Of a stretch of 33,712 nt of DNA, positions 7,904 through 17,823 are shown piece by piece. The notes under the pieces are model-generated. The model had not been told where the DNA came from, did no database searches, and saw only the letters and a list, made by a program, of their open reading frames with translations. How positions within the stretch are numbered: the stretch's first letter is position 1; every line of letters begins with the position of its first letter. This stretch comes from a bacterium. GTDB taxonomy: Bacteria; JACRDZ01; JAQUKH01. Location: the NCBI GenBank assembly GCA_028719205.1, contig JAQUKH010000027.1:1-33712 (forward strand). The letters run 5' to 3'. Made by a program: the position numbers and the translations under genes.

Positions 7904-9250
7904 TTATATGCTTAACTTAGATGTACTTTTTTCATAAGTTTCCTGGAGCACTCTGGAAAGGGTGATTGCAGTAAACATACTCGCAAGAAGCCCTATAGTC
8001 AGTGAGACAGCAAAACCTCTGATCGAACCTGACCCAAAATAATAAAGGAATACGGCAGAAATAATAGTGGTTATATTGCTGTCAAGAACAGTAATGAATG
8101 CCTTGTGGTAACCATTTTCGATTGCCTTGCGGTTTGATTTCCCCTGGCGCAGTTCTTCACGTATCCGCTCAAAAACCAGGATATTAGCATCAATGGACAT
8201 ACCGATAGTTAAAATAATACCCGCTATGCCGGGTAAAGTTAATGTAGCCTTGATCATTGTCATTGCCGCGATCAGCACAATAACATTGATCAATAAAGCG
8301 AGATTCGCGATCAATCCTGAGAATTTATAATATACTAAAATAAAAAGCCAGATGACTGCAAGCGAAAGAATTCCGCACATAACGCCGCTTTTAATGGAAT
8401 CACTGCCTAAACTTGGCCCGATGGTCTGTTCCTGTTCAATTTTTACAGGAGCTGGAAGAGAGCCTGCGCGAAGTACTATAGAGAGATCCTGCGCTTCTTC
8501 CATAGTAAAACTACCGCTAATTTCCGCGTTGCCGCTTGGGATCATTTCCCTTATGACAGGGGCTGATTTTATAACGCCGTCAAGAACAATTGCGAGCCGC
8601 CGTCCTACATTGTCACCGGTTACATTGGAGAATATTTTTCCGCCTTCTTCGTTAAAGGCAATCGTTACTCTTGGTTCGTTAAATTCCCCAAACTTGATCT
8701 GGACCTCTTTTAAATACTTTCCTGTTAATTTGGCTTCCTTTTCAATCAGGAGCTGGCTTCTGGTGATATTTTTATTTTCATCCAGATGTTCCATTGATAA
8801 AAGTTCAAGGTTATCAGGAATTTGGTTTTTATTTATCGCGCTTTGAAGGTCTGCCTGTTCATCTACTAATCTGAATTCAAGCATAGCAGTTCGCCCGATC
8901 AGTTGTTTAGCGCGGGCAGAATCTTTAATTCCCGGTAATTCTACAATTATTTGGTTAGTACCCTGCCGTTGGATGACGGGTTCGGCAACTCCGAATTGGT
9001 CTATCCTGTTACGGATAATTTCTTTAACCACCTCAACCGCGTCATCAGCGTTTGAACCTGCCGGGAGTTTGGAGGTGTCCACGCTTAAAACCAGATGTGT
9101 TCCGCCCTGAAGGTCAAGGCCAAGGTTTACTTTTTTGCCTGGCAGATATTTTGCCAAAATATCCGGAAAGAAAATGTTTGCTGTCGGCATGGCATAAAAT
9201 ACCGATGTGGCAATAATCAATATGATAGCGAAAAGTTTAAAATTTTTCAT
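7904..9250 (-). CDS. secD: Protein translocase subunit SecD
   Basis: LGLDLQGG, RIDQFGVAEP, LRAGSLPAP, IGPSLG, DANILVFERIREE and DSNITT. Confidence 0.97.
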   Translation of the reverse strand: MKNFKLFAIILIIATSVFYAMPTANIFFPDILAKYLPGKKVNLGLDLQGGTHLVLSVDTSKLPAGSNADDAVEVVKEIIRNRIDQFGVAEPVIQRQGTNQIIVELPGIKDSARAKQLIGRTAMLEFRLVDEQADLQSAINKNQIPDNLELLSMEHLDENKNITRSQLLIEKEAKLTGKYLKEVQIKFGEFNEPRVTIAFNEEGGKIFSNVTGDNVGRRLAIVLDGVIKSAPVIREMIPSGNAEISGSFTMEEAQDLSIVLRAGSLPAPVKIEQEQTIGPSLGSDSIKSGVMCGILSLAVIWLFILVYYKFSGLIANLALLINVIVLIAAMTMIKATLTLPGIAGIILTIGMSIDANILVFERIREELRQGKSNRKAIENGYHKAFITVLDSNITTIISAVFLYYFGSGSIRGFAVSLTIGLLASMFTAITLSRVLQETYEKSTSKLSI

Positions 9251-9283
9251 AATTTATTTTTGAATTTTAAAAATTTAGTGTAT

Positions 9284-9312
9284 ATTCTACGAGAAAAAAA
9301 TATATATGTCAA
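9284..9312 (-). promoter_or_regulatory. Sigma70-type promoter for secD-secF-DUF362
   Basis: On the - strand: TTGACA (9312-9307), 17 nt, TAGAAT (9289-9284). Confidence 0.75.
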
Positions 9313-9398
9313 GAGAAAATCATTTAAAATAATTTTATTGGAGATTTTTTACATATTGTATTATAATTATTTTGTTTTAAAAAGGTATAAATGTATTT

Positions 9399-9761
9399 AT
9401 GCTGACAAAATCGGATATAAGTTTAGTCCTTAGCGTGATAGCGGTAATAGTAGGGTGTTATTTTTTATATGACCTGTCACGCGGCGTGGAAAAATTCGTT
9501 GTCGTTGAAATTGACGGCAGGATTGAAAAAAAAATTGATCTGCCGAAAAATTTGATTTTTGATGTTAATGGAGTGAACGGCCCGATAAAAATAGAAATTA
9601 GCGGCAGGAAAGTACGGATGCTGGATTCATCCTGTCCGAATAAAATTTGCGTAAAATCCGGCTGGATAAATAAAAGAGGAGAATCGATAATTTGCCTCCC
9701 GAACCGCGCGATAGTAAAAATCCTTGGTGAAGAAGAAGAACTTGATGGTACAACAAGATAA
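9399..9761 (+). CDS. NusG domain II-containing membrane-anchored protein
   Basis: N-terminal TM helix; SCPNKICVKSGWI...IICLPNR signature. Confidence 0.88.
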   Translation: MLTKSDISLVLSVIAVIVGCYFLYDLSRGVEKFVVVEIDGRIEKKIDLPKNLIFDVNGVNGPIKIEISGRKVRMLDSSCPNKICVKSGWINKRGESIICLPNRAIVKILGEEEELDGTTR

Positions 9762-10311
9762 AAAAATTGGGCATAATAATTCCAGGATAAAAACCATTAT
9801 TGAAATTTCTTTAATGGTTTCCTTAGGTATAATACTCCAAATTATCGAGGCGCCGCTTCCAAGGCCGTTGCCATGGGCAAAGCTTGGATTGGCAAACGTT
9901 ATTACATTAATATCACTATTGCTATTCAGCCTGAAAGAGGCTGTTTTTATTTCAATTATAAGGATCGCTCTGGTCTCGATCTTATTAGGGACCATTTTTA
10001 ATCCCGGATTTTTTTTAAGTTTGTCCGGAGGTTTGATGAGCACTTTTATAATGGGGCTTGTTTTAATTATATTTCCTAAACGGTTCAGCCTTATCGGTGT
10101 AAGCCTGATAGGCGCCCTGGTTCATAACATGACTCAATTGGGCGTGGCGTATATACTTTTTTATAATCAACTGCATATTTCATGGAATAATGTTTTATAT
10201 TTCCTGCCCTTAATGCTTGCCTGGGCGATTCCCACAGGTTTTATTGTGGGATATTTAACTAAATTGATTTTACCTGTTATTTTGAATACCAGAAAAAGGG
10301 TCAACTGGTAG
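9745..10311 (+). CDS. Gx transporter family protein ('heptaprenyl diphosphate synthase component I'-like)
   Basis: IEAPLPRPLPWAKLGLAN and SLIGVSLIGALVHNMTQL. ATG 9745 is preferred over the TTG at 9724. Confidence 0.87.
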   Translation: MVQQDKKIGHNNSRIKTIIEISLMVSLGIILQIIEAPLPRPLPWAKLGLANVITLISLLLFSLKEAVFISIIRIALVSILLGTIFNPGFFLSLSGGLMSTFIMGLVLIIFPKRFSLIGVSLIGALVHNMTQLGVAYILFYNQLHISWNNVLYFLPLMLAWAIPTGFIVGYLTKLILPVILNTRKRVNW

Positions 10312-10314
10312 GGA

Positions 10315-10743
10315 GTGAAAATGATCAGAGAAAAAGGTAGAGTAATAGAATATAAAACCGGCTTAGTAAAAATACAGATCGACGCGAAAACTTCATGCCA
10401 CAGCTGTAAGTTATGCAGCAGGGAAAAAGAGGGAATGACAATGGAGGTACTCGTTGATTCTGCCTTTTCAACAGGAGATATGGTTAATATAGAAATAGAA
10501 GGGCGAAATTTGCTTTTTTGTTTTTTTATGCTGTATCTTTTTCCGGTTATCAGTTTTATCGCGGGGATTATTTTTGGAATGATAATTGCTGATATATTAT
10601 CTTACGCGAAATTCAAGGAACCATTAGAAATTATTTCCGGTTTTATATTCTTCGCGGTATCTTTACTTTATATTATTTGGTTTGATAAAAAGTATAAAGA
10701 AAAAGGTATAATAAAGGTAAAACCTGCCCCAAAACAAGATTAA
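10315..10743 (+). CDS. RseC/MucC family membrane protein
   Basis: N-terminal E.G.V, Cys cluster CHSCKLC, GD.V..E, LYLFP, then two TM helices. Confidence 0.8.
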   Translation: MKMIREKGRVIEYKTGLVKIQIDAKTSCHSCKLCSREKEGMTMEVLVDSAFSTGDMVNIEIEGRNLLFCFFMLYLFPVISFIAGIIFGMIIADILSYAKFKEPLEIISGFIFFAVSLLYIIWFDKKYKEKGIIKVKPAPKQD

Positions 10744-10782
10744 ATTTGAAAATAGGCTTATTTGTGATAAAATATATATTTT

Positions 10783-12111
10783 ATGATTACAACAATAAAA
10801 AGTAATATAAATTTTTTTATTAAAACCTTCGGATGCCAGATGAACGAGGCGGACTCTGAAAAGTTAAAGGCCCTGCTGATACATAATGGTTTTAATTATT
10901 CGGATAATTTTAACGATGCTGATATAATTATCATGAATACGTGCAGTGTCAGGGAAAAAGCGGAAAAAACGGCGTTCCAGTATTTGAATCAGTTCAGGAG
11001 CCATAAAAGAGATAATCCGGAAAAAATTATCGCGTTTGGCGGGTGTATAGGGCAGGAGAAAAAGAAAGAGCTTTTAAAAAAATTTCCCGGGCTGGACCTG
11101 GTTTTCGGAACTGAGTCCTTATTAAAAGTTCCGTCGCTTTTGGAAGAGATAAGAAAAAAACGAAGGCGGATCTATGATACGGAATGGGATAAAGAAAACC
11201 GGATAATAAATGAAAATATTCCGTGGGTAAAAAATGGAAAGATAACCGGATTTGTGCCGATAAGCAGGGGATGTAATAATTTTTGTTCGTATTGTATCGT
11301 GCCCTTTACGAGAGGGGAAGAAAAGAACCGCCCGTTTATTTCTGTGATGGAAGATGTTGAAGATGCGGTACGAAACGGGATCAGGGAAATTACTCTTCTG
11401 GGCCAGAATGTTAATTCTTATTATGACGGAGATAAAAGTTTCAGAGATCTCGTGGGAGCGTTAAATAAAATTGACGGCTTAAAAAGAATACGGTTCATGA
11501 CCTCGCATCCGCGGGACTTGAGCGAGGAAGATATACAAATGATGAATAAATGCGCGAAGGTATGCGAGCATTTTCATCTGCCTCTTCAGTCGGCTTCGAA
11601 CCGTATTTTAGAACTTATGAACCGAGGTTACACTTTAGAAGAATATGATAAGAAAATACGATATATCAAAAGATTAAAACCTCATACAATAGTTACTACT
11701 GATATAATAATAGGTTTTCCCGGTGAAACTGAAAAGGATTTTGAAGATACGTTGAATTATGTTAAAAAAACGGAGTTCGATTCCGCGTTTACTTTCATGT
11801 ATTCAAAAAGGCCGAATACAAAAGCATCTGAACTGGAAGATACTGTGCCTGAATCTGTTAAGAAAAGAAGATTGCAGGATGTAATTGACCTGCAGGAGAA
11901 GATATCAAGGTGTATAAACGAAAAATATTTAGATAAAAAAGAAAATGTATTAGTTGAAGGAATTTGTAAGAATGAAAAACTTAAGCTCTTCGGTAAGACG
12001 AGGACAGGCAAGGCGGTTATTTTCAGCGGAAGTGATGAGCTTGTCGGGCAGGAAGTAGATCTAAAAATAATAAACACCGGGCCGCATACGCTGGCAGGTG
12101 AAATAATCTAA
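10783..12111 (+). CDS. miaB: tRNA-i6A37 methylthiotransferase MiaB
   Basis: [44 protein letters not shown] and C-terminal TRAM domain. Confidence 0.95.
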   Translation: MITTIKSNINFFIKTFGCQMNEADSEKLKALLIHNGFNYSDNFNDADIIIMNTCSVREKAEKTAFQYLNQFRSHKRDNPEKIIAFGGCIGQEKKKELLKKFPGLDLVFGTESLLKVPSLLEEIRKKRRRIYDTEWDKENRIINENIPWVKNGKITGFVPISRGCNNFCSYCIVPFTRGEEKNRPFISVMEDVEDAVRNGIREITLLGQNVNSYYDGDKSFRDLVGALNKIDGLKRIRFMTSHPRDLSEEDIQMMNKCAKVCEHFHLPLQSASNRILELMNRGYTLEEYDKKIRYIKRLKPHTIVTTDIIIGFPGETEKDFEDTLNYVKKTEFDSAFTFMYSKRPNTKASELEDTVPESVKKRRLQDVIDLQEKISRCINEKYLDKKENVLVEGICKNEKLKLFGKTRTGKAVIFSGSDELVGQEVDLKIINTGPHTLAGEII

Positions 12112-12122
12112 CAGGAGAAATA

Positions 12123-13520
12123 ATGGACTCATTAACACCAAAAGAAATTGTTGCTGAACTTGATAAATATATTATCGGGCAGACAAAAGCGAAGATGGCA
12201 GTGGCTATAGCGCTCAGGAACCGCTGGAGAAGGCAGAATCTGCCGCCGGAACTGAAAGACGAAGTTACGCCGAAAAACATTATAATGATAGGGCCTACCG
12301 GGGTGGGAAAAACGGAAATCGCAAGAAGGCTGGCAAAATTAGTTAAAGCGCCTTTCCTGAAAATTGAAGCGTCAAAATTTACCGAGGTAGGATATGTCGG
12401 ACGGGATGTGGAATCTATGATCAGGGATCTTGCTGATATATCCGTAAAAATGGTTCGTGAGGAAAAGACAGAAGCAGTCAGGGAGCTGGCTGAGGAAATG
12501 GTTGAAGAAAGGCTGCTTGATATCCTATTGCCCCTGGAGAAAATGGAAGAAGAAGAAAAAAATCCCAAGGAAGTTTTAACAGTCACGGAAAAAGATGAAA
12601 GAATGGCGAGGACGAGGGAGAAAATAAGAGGCATCTTAAAAACCGGAAAAATGGAAAACAGGGAAATTGAAATTGACTCAAGAGACTCGTTAATGCCTAT
12701 GATAGAGATATTTTCTTCCTCAGGAATAGAAGAGGTTGGTATGCAGGTCCATAACGCTCTGGGAAATCTTTTTCCTAAGAAATCAAAAAAAAGGCGTATG
12801 GATATTGAAAATGCCAGAAAATTTTTGTTTCAGGAGGAAGTACAAAAACTTATAGATATGGATGATGTTGTTTTAGAGGCGCTGAAACGGGTTGAAGAAA
12901 CAGGTATAATATTCCTGGATGAAATAGATAAGATCGCGGGGCGTGAATCAGGCAAAGGCCCTGATGTTTCAAGGGAGGGCGTTCAGAGGGACCTGCTTCC
13001 GATAATTGAAGGTTCAACTGTAACTACAAAATACGGAATGGTCAGGACAGACCATATTCTTTTTATCGCGGCGGGCGCGTTTAATGTGAGTAAACCGTCT
13101 GATCTTATACCGGAATTGCAAGGCCGGTTCCCGCTTAAAGTGAAATTAAATTCGCTTTCAAAGGAAGATTTTTTACGCATTTTAACTGAACCTAAAAATG
13201 CTTTAATAAAACAGTATATAGCGCTTTTAAAAACAGAAAACGTGGATGTCAGTTTTAAAAAAGACAGTATCGAAAAAATTGCGATGGTGGCAATGGAACT
13301 GAATGAAAAAACCGAAGATATCGGGGCGAGAAGGTTGTACGCCCTTATGGAAAAATTATTGGAAACCGTATCTTATGAAGCACCGGACATGAAAGGTGAA
13401 AAAGTGATGATCGATAAAAATTATGTTTTAAAAAGGCTTAATCCCGATGAAATAGTAAAAGATGATGAATTAAAACGTAAATGGAAAGTTGGATTTGAAG
13501 AGATAAAGCACGAAGATTAA
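12123..13520 (+). CDS. hslU: HslU (ClpY) AAA+ ATPase with atypical C-terminus
   Basis: [59 protein letters not shown] and GARRL. Confidence 0.95.
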   Translation: MDSLTPKEIVAELDKYIIGQTKAKMAVAIALRNRWRRQNLPPELKDEVTPKNIIMIGPTGVGKTEIARRLAKLVKAPFLKIEASKFTEVGYVGRDVESMIRDLADISVKMVREEKTEAVRELAEEMVEERLLDILLPLEKMEEEEKNPKEVLTVTEKDERMARTREKIRGILKTGKMENREIEIDSRDSLMPMIEIFSSSGIEEVGMQVHNALGNLFPKKSKKRRMDIENARKFLFQEEVQKLIDMDDVVLEALKRVEETGIIFLDEIDKIAGRESGKGPDVSREGVQRDLLPIIEGSTVTTKYGMVRTDHILFIAAGAFNVSKPSDLIPELQGRFPLKVKLNSLSKEDFLRILTEPKNALIKQYIALLKTENVDVSFKKDSIEKIAMVAMELNEKTEDIGARRLYALMEKLLETVSYEAPDMKGEKVMIDKNYVLKRLNPDEIVKDDELKRKWKVGFEEIKHED

Positions 13521-13533
13521 ACATGGAGATAAA

Positions 13534-14376
13534 ATGAAACAATTGATTGAAAAAGCAAATGTATTGATGGAAGCGCTGCCGTATATAAAGAAATTTTACG
13601 GTAAAACTATTGTTATCAAATACGGCGGAAGCGCCATGACAAACGAAAGCTTGAAAAGAAGTGTTTGTATGGATATAATTTTGATGAAATATATCGGAAT
13701 TAGCCCTGTGATCGTTCACGGCGGAGGCAAAGAGATATCCGAGTTAATGGTTAAACTCGGTAAACAGCCGAAATTTGTAAACGGGCAAAGAGTTACAGAC
13801 GCTGAAACAGTTAAGATCGTGGAAATGGTACTTTCCGGTTCGATAAATAAAGAACTTGTAGGGTTCATTAATTCAAACGGCGGGAACGCGGTAGGATTAA
13901 GCGGGAAGGATGGGAATCTTATTATTTCAAAGAGGCTTTCTAAAAATTCAGGAGATTTTATCGGGGGTGTCAAAAAAATAAATCCTGAAGTTATTAATTT
14001 GTTGGATGAAAAGGGTTTTATTCCGGTAATTTCATCAGTCGGGTTAGGAGAGGATGGCCTTACATATAATATTAACGCGGATCTCGCGGCAGGCGAGATC
14101 GCTGCTGCGGTTAACGCTGAGAAACTGATCCTGTTAACGGATACACCGGGGGTATTAGATAAAAACGGTAATTTGATACCGCATCTGGACCAGGCCAAAA
14201 TAAAAAAATTGATCAAAGCGGGTGTGATCCAGGGCGGAATGATGCCGAAGATCGCTGCCGGATTAAAGGCGTTAAACGCCGGCGTTAAAAAAGTTCATAT
14301 TATTGACGGAAAGATCGAACATTCTATTTTGCTGGAGATAATGACGGATAAAGGTGTGGGGACGGAAATAGTATAA
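13534..14376 (+). CDS. argB: Acetylglutamate kinase
   Basis: EALPYI, VIKYGGSAM, VHGGG, NINAD and GGMMPK. Confidence 0.96.
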   Translation: MKQLIEKANVLMEALPYIKKFYGKTIVIKYGGSAMTNESLKRSVCMDIILMKYIGISPVIVHGGGKEISELMVKLGKQPKFVNGQRVTDAETVKIVEMVLSGSINKELVGFINSNGGNAVGLSGKDGNLIISKRLSKNSGDFIGGVKKINPEVINLLDEKGFIPVISSVGLGEDGLTYNINADLAAGEIAAAVNAEKLILLTDTPGVLDKNGNLIPHLDQAKIKKLIKAGVIQGGMMPKIAAGLKALNAGVKKVHIIDGKIEHSILLEIMTDKGVGTEIV

Positions 14377-14410
14377 AAGTCACAAAGTTACAAGTGCAAA
14401 AGTCACCAGT
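14377..14410 (+). repeat. Degenerate heptamer-like repeats (AAGTCAC-like) between argB and argD
   Basis: aagtcac a aagttac aagtgca a aagtcac cagt. Confidence 0.55.
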
Positions 14411-14435
14411 AAAAAAATTAGAAGAGAGAAAAATT

Positions 14436-15626
14436 ATGAATAAAGAGAAAATAATAATTAATGAAGAAAAATATGTTTGTCAGACTTATAAGAGAATACC
14501 TGTAGTTTTTGAAAAGGGGGAAGGGTGTTATCTCTGGGATAGTGAAGGAAAACGGTATCTCGATTTTGTCGCGGGACTCGCGGTAAACGCGTTGGGGCAC
14601 GCCCATCCGAAAGTGGTAAAGGCAATAAATAAGCAGGCGAAGAAACTGATTCATACCTCCAACCTATATTATACCGAGCCTATGGTTGATCTCGCGAAAT
14701 TGTTGATCAAAAACAGTTTTAACGGCAAATGTTTTTTCTGTAACAGCGGGGCTGAGGCAAATGAGGCGGCGATAAAACTTACAAGACTTTACAGTAAAAC
14801 CACATTCTCGCCGGACAGATATGAAATCATTACCTTTGATAATTCGTTCCATGGAAGAACTTTGGCCACTATCACGGCTACCGGGCAGAAAAAATATCAG
14901 GAGGGTTTTGAGCCTCTGATGCCTGGTTTTGTGACTATTCCTTTCGGGAACCTTGCCGCGCTTAAAGCGGTGATAAAACCGACAACATGCGCGATCCTGA
15001 CTGAGGTGATACAGGCTGAAGGCGGAATAAATGAAGCGGATATTTCTTTCTGGCAGGGAGTTTCGGAAATAGTAAAAAAAGAAAAAATGCTTTTGATCGT
15101 CGATGAGATCCAGACCGGTATGGGACGGACAGGACAATTATTCGGTTATCAGCAATATGGTTTAGACCCTGATATAATTACTTTAGCTAAAGCATTGGCC
15201 AACGGATTGCCGATAGGGGCAATGATCGCTAAAAAGAAAATAGCGGAAACATTTAAACCCGGGCATCATGCCTCAACCTTTGGGGGTAATCCTTTAGTTA
15301 CGCAGGTTGCTCTAACGGTTTTGAAAACGCTGCTTAAGGAAAATATAATTAATAAAGTAAGAGACGACGGGATTTATTTTCAGGAAAAATTATCAGGTTT
15401 AAAAAATAAATATAAATTTATTACAAAAATAAAAGGAAAGGGGCTGATAATAGGTATGGAGCTGGCTGTTGACGGCCAGAATATAGTTCAGAAGTGTTTT
15501 GAAAAAGGTTTGATAATTAATTGTTTGAAAAATAATATTTTACGGTTCATTCCGCCTTTAATTATTAAAAGAGAGGAAATCGATTCGGCGGTAAAAATTC
15601 TGGATGAGGTTTTTGGGGAGATTTAA
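14436..15626 (+). CDS. argD: Acetylornithine aminotransferase
   Basis: NSGAEANEAA, SFHGRT, DEIQTG, LAKAL and STFGGNP. ATG 14436 is preferred over the GTG at 14394. Confidence 0.94.
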   Translation: MNKEKIIINEEKYVCQTYKRIPVVFEKGEGCYLWDSEGKRYLDFVAGLAVNALGHAHPKVVKAINKQAKKLIHTSNLYYTEPMVDLAKLLIKNSFNGKCFFCNSGAEANEAAIKLTRLYSKTTFSPDRYEIITFDNSFHGRTLATITATGQKKYQEGFEPLMPGFVTIPFGNLAALKAVIKPTTCAILTEVIQAEGGINEADISFWQGVSEIVKKEKMLLIVDEIQTGMGRTGQLFGYQQYGLDPDIITLAKALANGLPIGAMIAKKKIAETFKPGHHASTFGGNPLVTQVALTVLKTLLKENIINKVRDDGIYFQEKLSGLKNKYKFITKIKGKGLIIGMELAVDGQNIVQKCFEKGLIINCLKNNILRFIPPLIIKREEIDSAVKILDEVFGEI

Positions 15627-15628
15627 TT

Positions 15629-16570
15629 ATGATGAAAGATTTAATTAATTTAAAAGATCTAAGCGCGAAAGAAATCAATGAACTCTTTAAATTAGCGTTC
15701 ACAATTAAAAAAAATAAGAAAAAATACAATCAGATCCTAACCGGGAAAACATTGGGATTGCTTTTTGCGAAACCTTCGACAAGAACGCGCGTTTCTTTTG
15801 AAGTCGCGATGCATCAGCTGGGTGGAGATACTATTTTTCTCCGGTCTAAAGAGCTCCAATTGAACAGGGGCGAAACGATCGCGGACACGGCTAAAGTGTT
15901 ATCGCGCTATCTGGACGGCCTTGTTATCAGGACCTTCTCCCAGGAAGAGGTTGAAGTTTTGGCAAAAGAATCCAGTATTCCCGTAATTAACGGTTTAACG
16001 GATAAATTCCATCCCTGCCAGGTTTTAACGGATTATTTTACATTGGTAGAAAAAGGGATCGATCTTAAAAAAATGAAATTCGCGTATGTCGGGGACGGTA
16101 ACAATGTCTGCCATTCATTAATGCAGGCCGCGGTAAAATTAGGAGTTGAATTTTGGGCGGCGGTGCCTGAAGGTTATGAGCCGGATAAGGATATTTTATG
16201 CGAAGTAAGCAGTGAAGCTGATAAAAACGGATCAAAAATACATCTGACTAATTCTCCTCAAGAGGCGGCTGAAAATGCCGATTGTATTTACACTGATGTA
16301 TGGGTCAGCATGGGCCAGGATGATTCAAAAGATAAGAAGATAAGTAAATTCAAAGATTTTCAGATAAATAACGCGTTGGTTAAACTTGCTAAGAAAAATT
16401 ATGTGATCATGCATTGCCTGCCCGCGCACCGTGAAGAAGAAATTACGAGTGAAGTATTAGATAGTAAAAATTCAATCGTATGGGATCAGGCGGAAAACAG
16501 GCTTCATCTGCAAAAGGCGATTCTTGTGACTTTAATGGGAGATAAACTTGAGTTAAACGGTTCCGATTAA
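15629..16570 (+). CDS. argF: Ornithine carbamoyltransferase
   Basis: PSTRT, HPCQ, GDGNNV, TDVWVSMG, HCLP and QAENR. Confidence 0.96.
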   Translation: MMKDLINLKDLSAKEINELFKLAFTIKKNKKKYNQILTGKTLGLLFAKPSTRTRVSFEVAMHQLGGDTIFLRSKELQLNRGETIADTAKVLSRYLDGLVIRTFSQEEVEVLAKESSIPVINGLTDKFHPCQVLTDYFTLVEKGIDLKKMKFAYVGDGNNVCHSLMQAAVKLGVEFWAAVPEGYEPDKDILCEVSSEADKNGSKIHLTNSPQEAAENADCIYTDVWVSMGQDDSKDKKISKFKDFQINNALVKLAKKNYVIMHCLPAHREEEITSEVLDSKNSIVWDQAENRLHLQKAILVTLMGDKLELNGSD

Positions 16571-16620
16571 TATCGGAATCCGCTTTTACTCATTGTTATC
16601 CTCGAAGGGGATAAAAAAAT

Positions 16621-17823
16621 ATGATAAAGAAGATCGTTGTCGCGTATTCAGGAGGATTGGATACCTCGGTAATTGTGCATTGGCTGAAAAATAAATATAA
16701 ATGCGAGATAATCGCTTTTTCCGCCGATGTCGGGCAGGGAGAGGATCTTGAACCTCTAAAGAAAAAAGCCATACAAACTGGAGCGAGCAGGATCTACATC
16801 GAGGATCTTAAAAATGAATTCGCCAATGAATATATTTTACCGGCGATATACGCGAACGCGGTTTATGAAAGTAATTATTTTATGGCAACGGCCCTGAGCA
16901 GGCCTCTGATCGCGAAACACCTGGTAAAGATCGCGTTAAAAGAAAAGGCTGACGCTATCGCCCATGGCTGCACAGGCAAAGGAAATGACCAGGTACGCCT
17001 GGAATTGGCGGTAATGAATCTTGCCCCTCAGTTAAAGATCTTGGCGCCGCTTCGGGATTGGGAGATGAAGTCCCGCGAAGAAGAGATGGCGTACGCTAAA
17101 AAATATAAAATTCCCGTAAAAGCGACAAAAAGATCTCCTTACAGTATTGATAAAAATATCTGGGGTGTAAGTATTGAATGCGGGCTTTTGGAAGACCCCT
17201 GGCAGGTTCCGCCTGAAGACGCCTATCAGATGACAAAATCTCCTCAAAAGGCCCCGGATAAACCGTTGGAAATTGAGATCGAGTTTGTTTCAGGGGTTCC
17301 GGTTAGATTGAACAACAAAAAATATGAACTGGTTGACCTGATCGAGGAATTAAATATTATTGGCGGCGGGTATGGAGTCGGTCGGACGGATATGGTCGAG
17401 AACCGGCTGGTCGGGATTAAATCCCGTGAAATATATGAAGCGCCGGCGGCTTTAATTATTAATAATGCTCACAAGGCCGTAGAAAGTTTAACACTGGACC
17501 GCGAAATGCTCCATTTTAAAGATCAATTAGTGACAAAGTACAGCGAGCTTATTTATTTCGGCCAGTGGTTTACCCCGCTTAGAGAGGCACTGGATGAATT
17601 TATCAGAAAAACTCAAAAATATGTTTCAGGAACTGTTCGGTTAAGATTATATAAAGGAAATTGTGAAGTAATAGGGCGTAAATCGCAATATTCATTATAT
17701 AAAAAAGATTTAGCAACCTATGATGAAGGCGACCTTTTTGATCATCGCTCGGCCGAAGGTTTTGTGAAACTCTGGGGTTTGCCCGGAAAGATCGTCGGGA
17801 TGAGGGACAAAAAAAATGGCTAA
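16621..17823 (+). CDS. argG: Argininosuccinate synthase
   Basis: AYSGGLDTS, HGCTGKGNDQVR and VENRLVGIKSREIYEAP. Confidence 0.97.
   Translation: MIKKIVVAYSGGLDTSVIVHWLKNKYKCEIIAFSADVGQGEDLEPLKKKAIQTGASRIYIEDLKNEFANEYILPAIYANAVYESNYFMATALSRPLIAKHLVKIALKEKADAIAHGCTGKGNDQVRLELAVMNLAPQLKILAPLRDWEMKSREEEMAYAKKYKIPVKATKRSPYSIDKNIWGVSIECGLLEDPWQVPPEDAYQMTKSPQKAPDKPLEIEIEFVSGVPVRLNNKKYELVDLIEELNIIGGGYGVGRTDMVENRLVGIKSREIYEAPAALIINNAHKAVESLTLDREMLHFKDQLVTKYSELIYFGQWFTPLREALDEFIRKTQKYVSGTVRLRLYKGNCEVIGRKSQYSLYKKDLATYDEGDLFDHRSAEGFVKLWGLPGKIVGMRDKKNG

Noticed and set aside
10393-10418. Possible heme motif in the RseC-like protein
   Set aside because: CHSCKLC is CxxCxxC, not CxxCH.
13470-13520. Frameshift as the cause of the odd HslU tail
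   Set aside because: The other two forward frames give NGKLDLKR* and MESWI*, not a YIL/FIL end.
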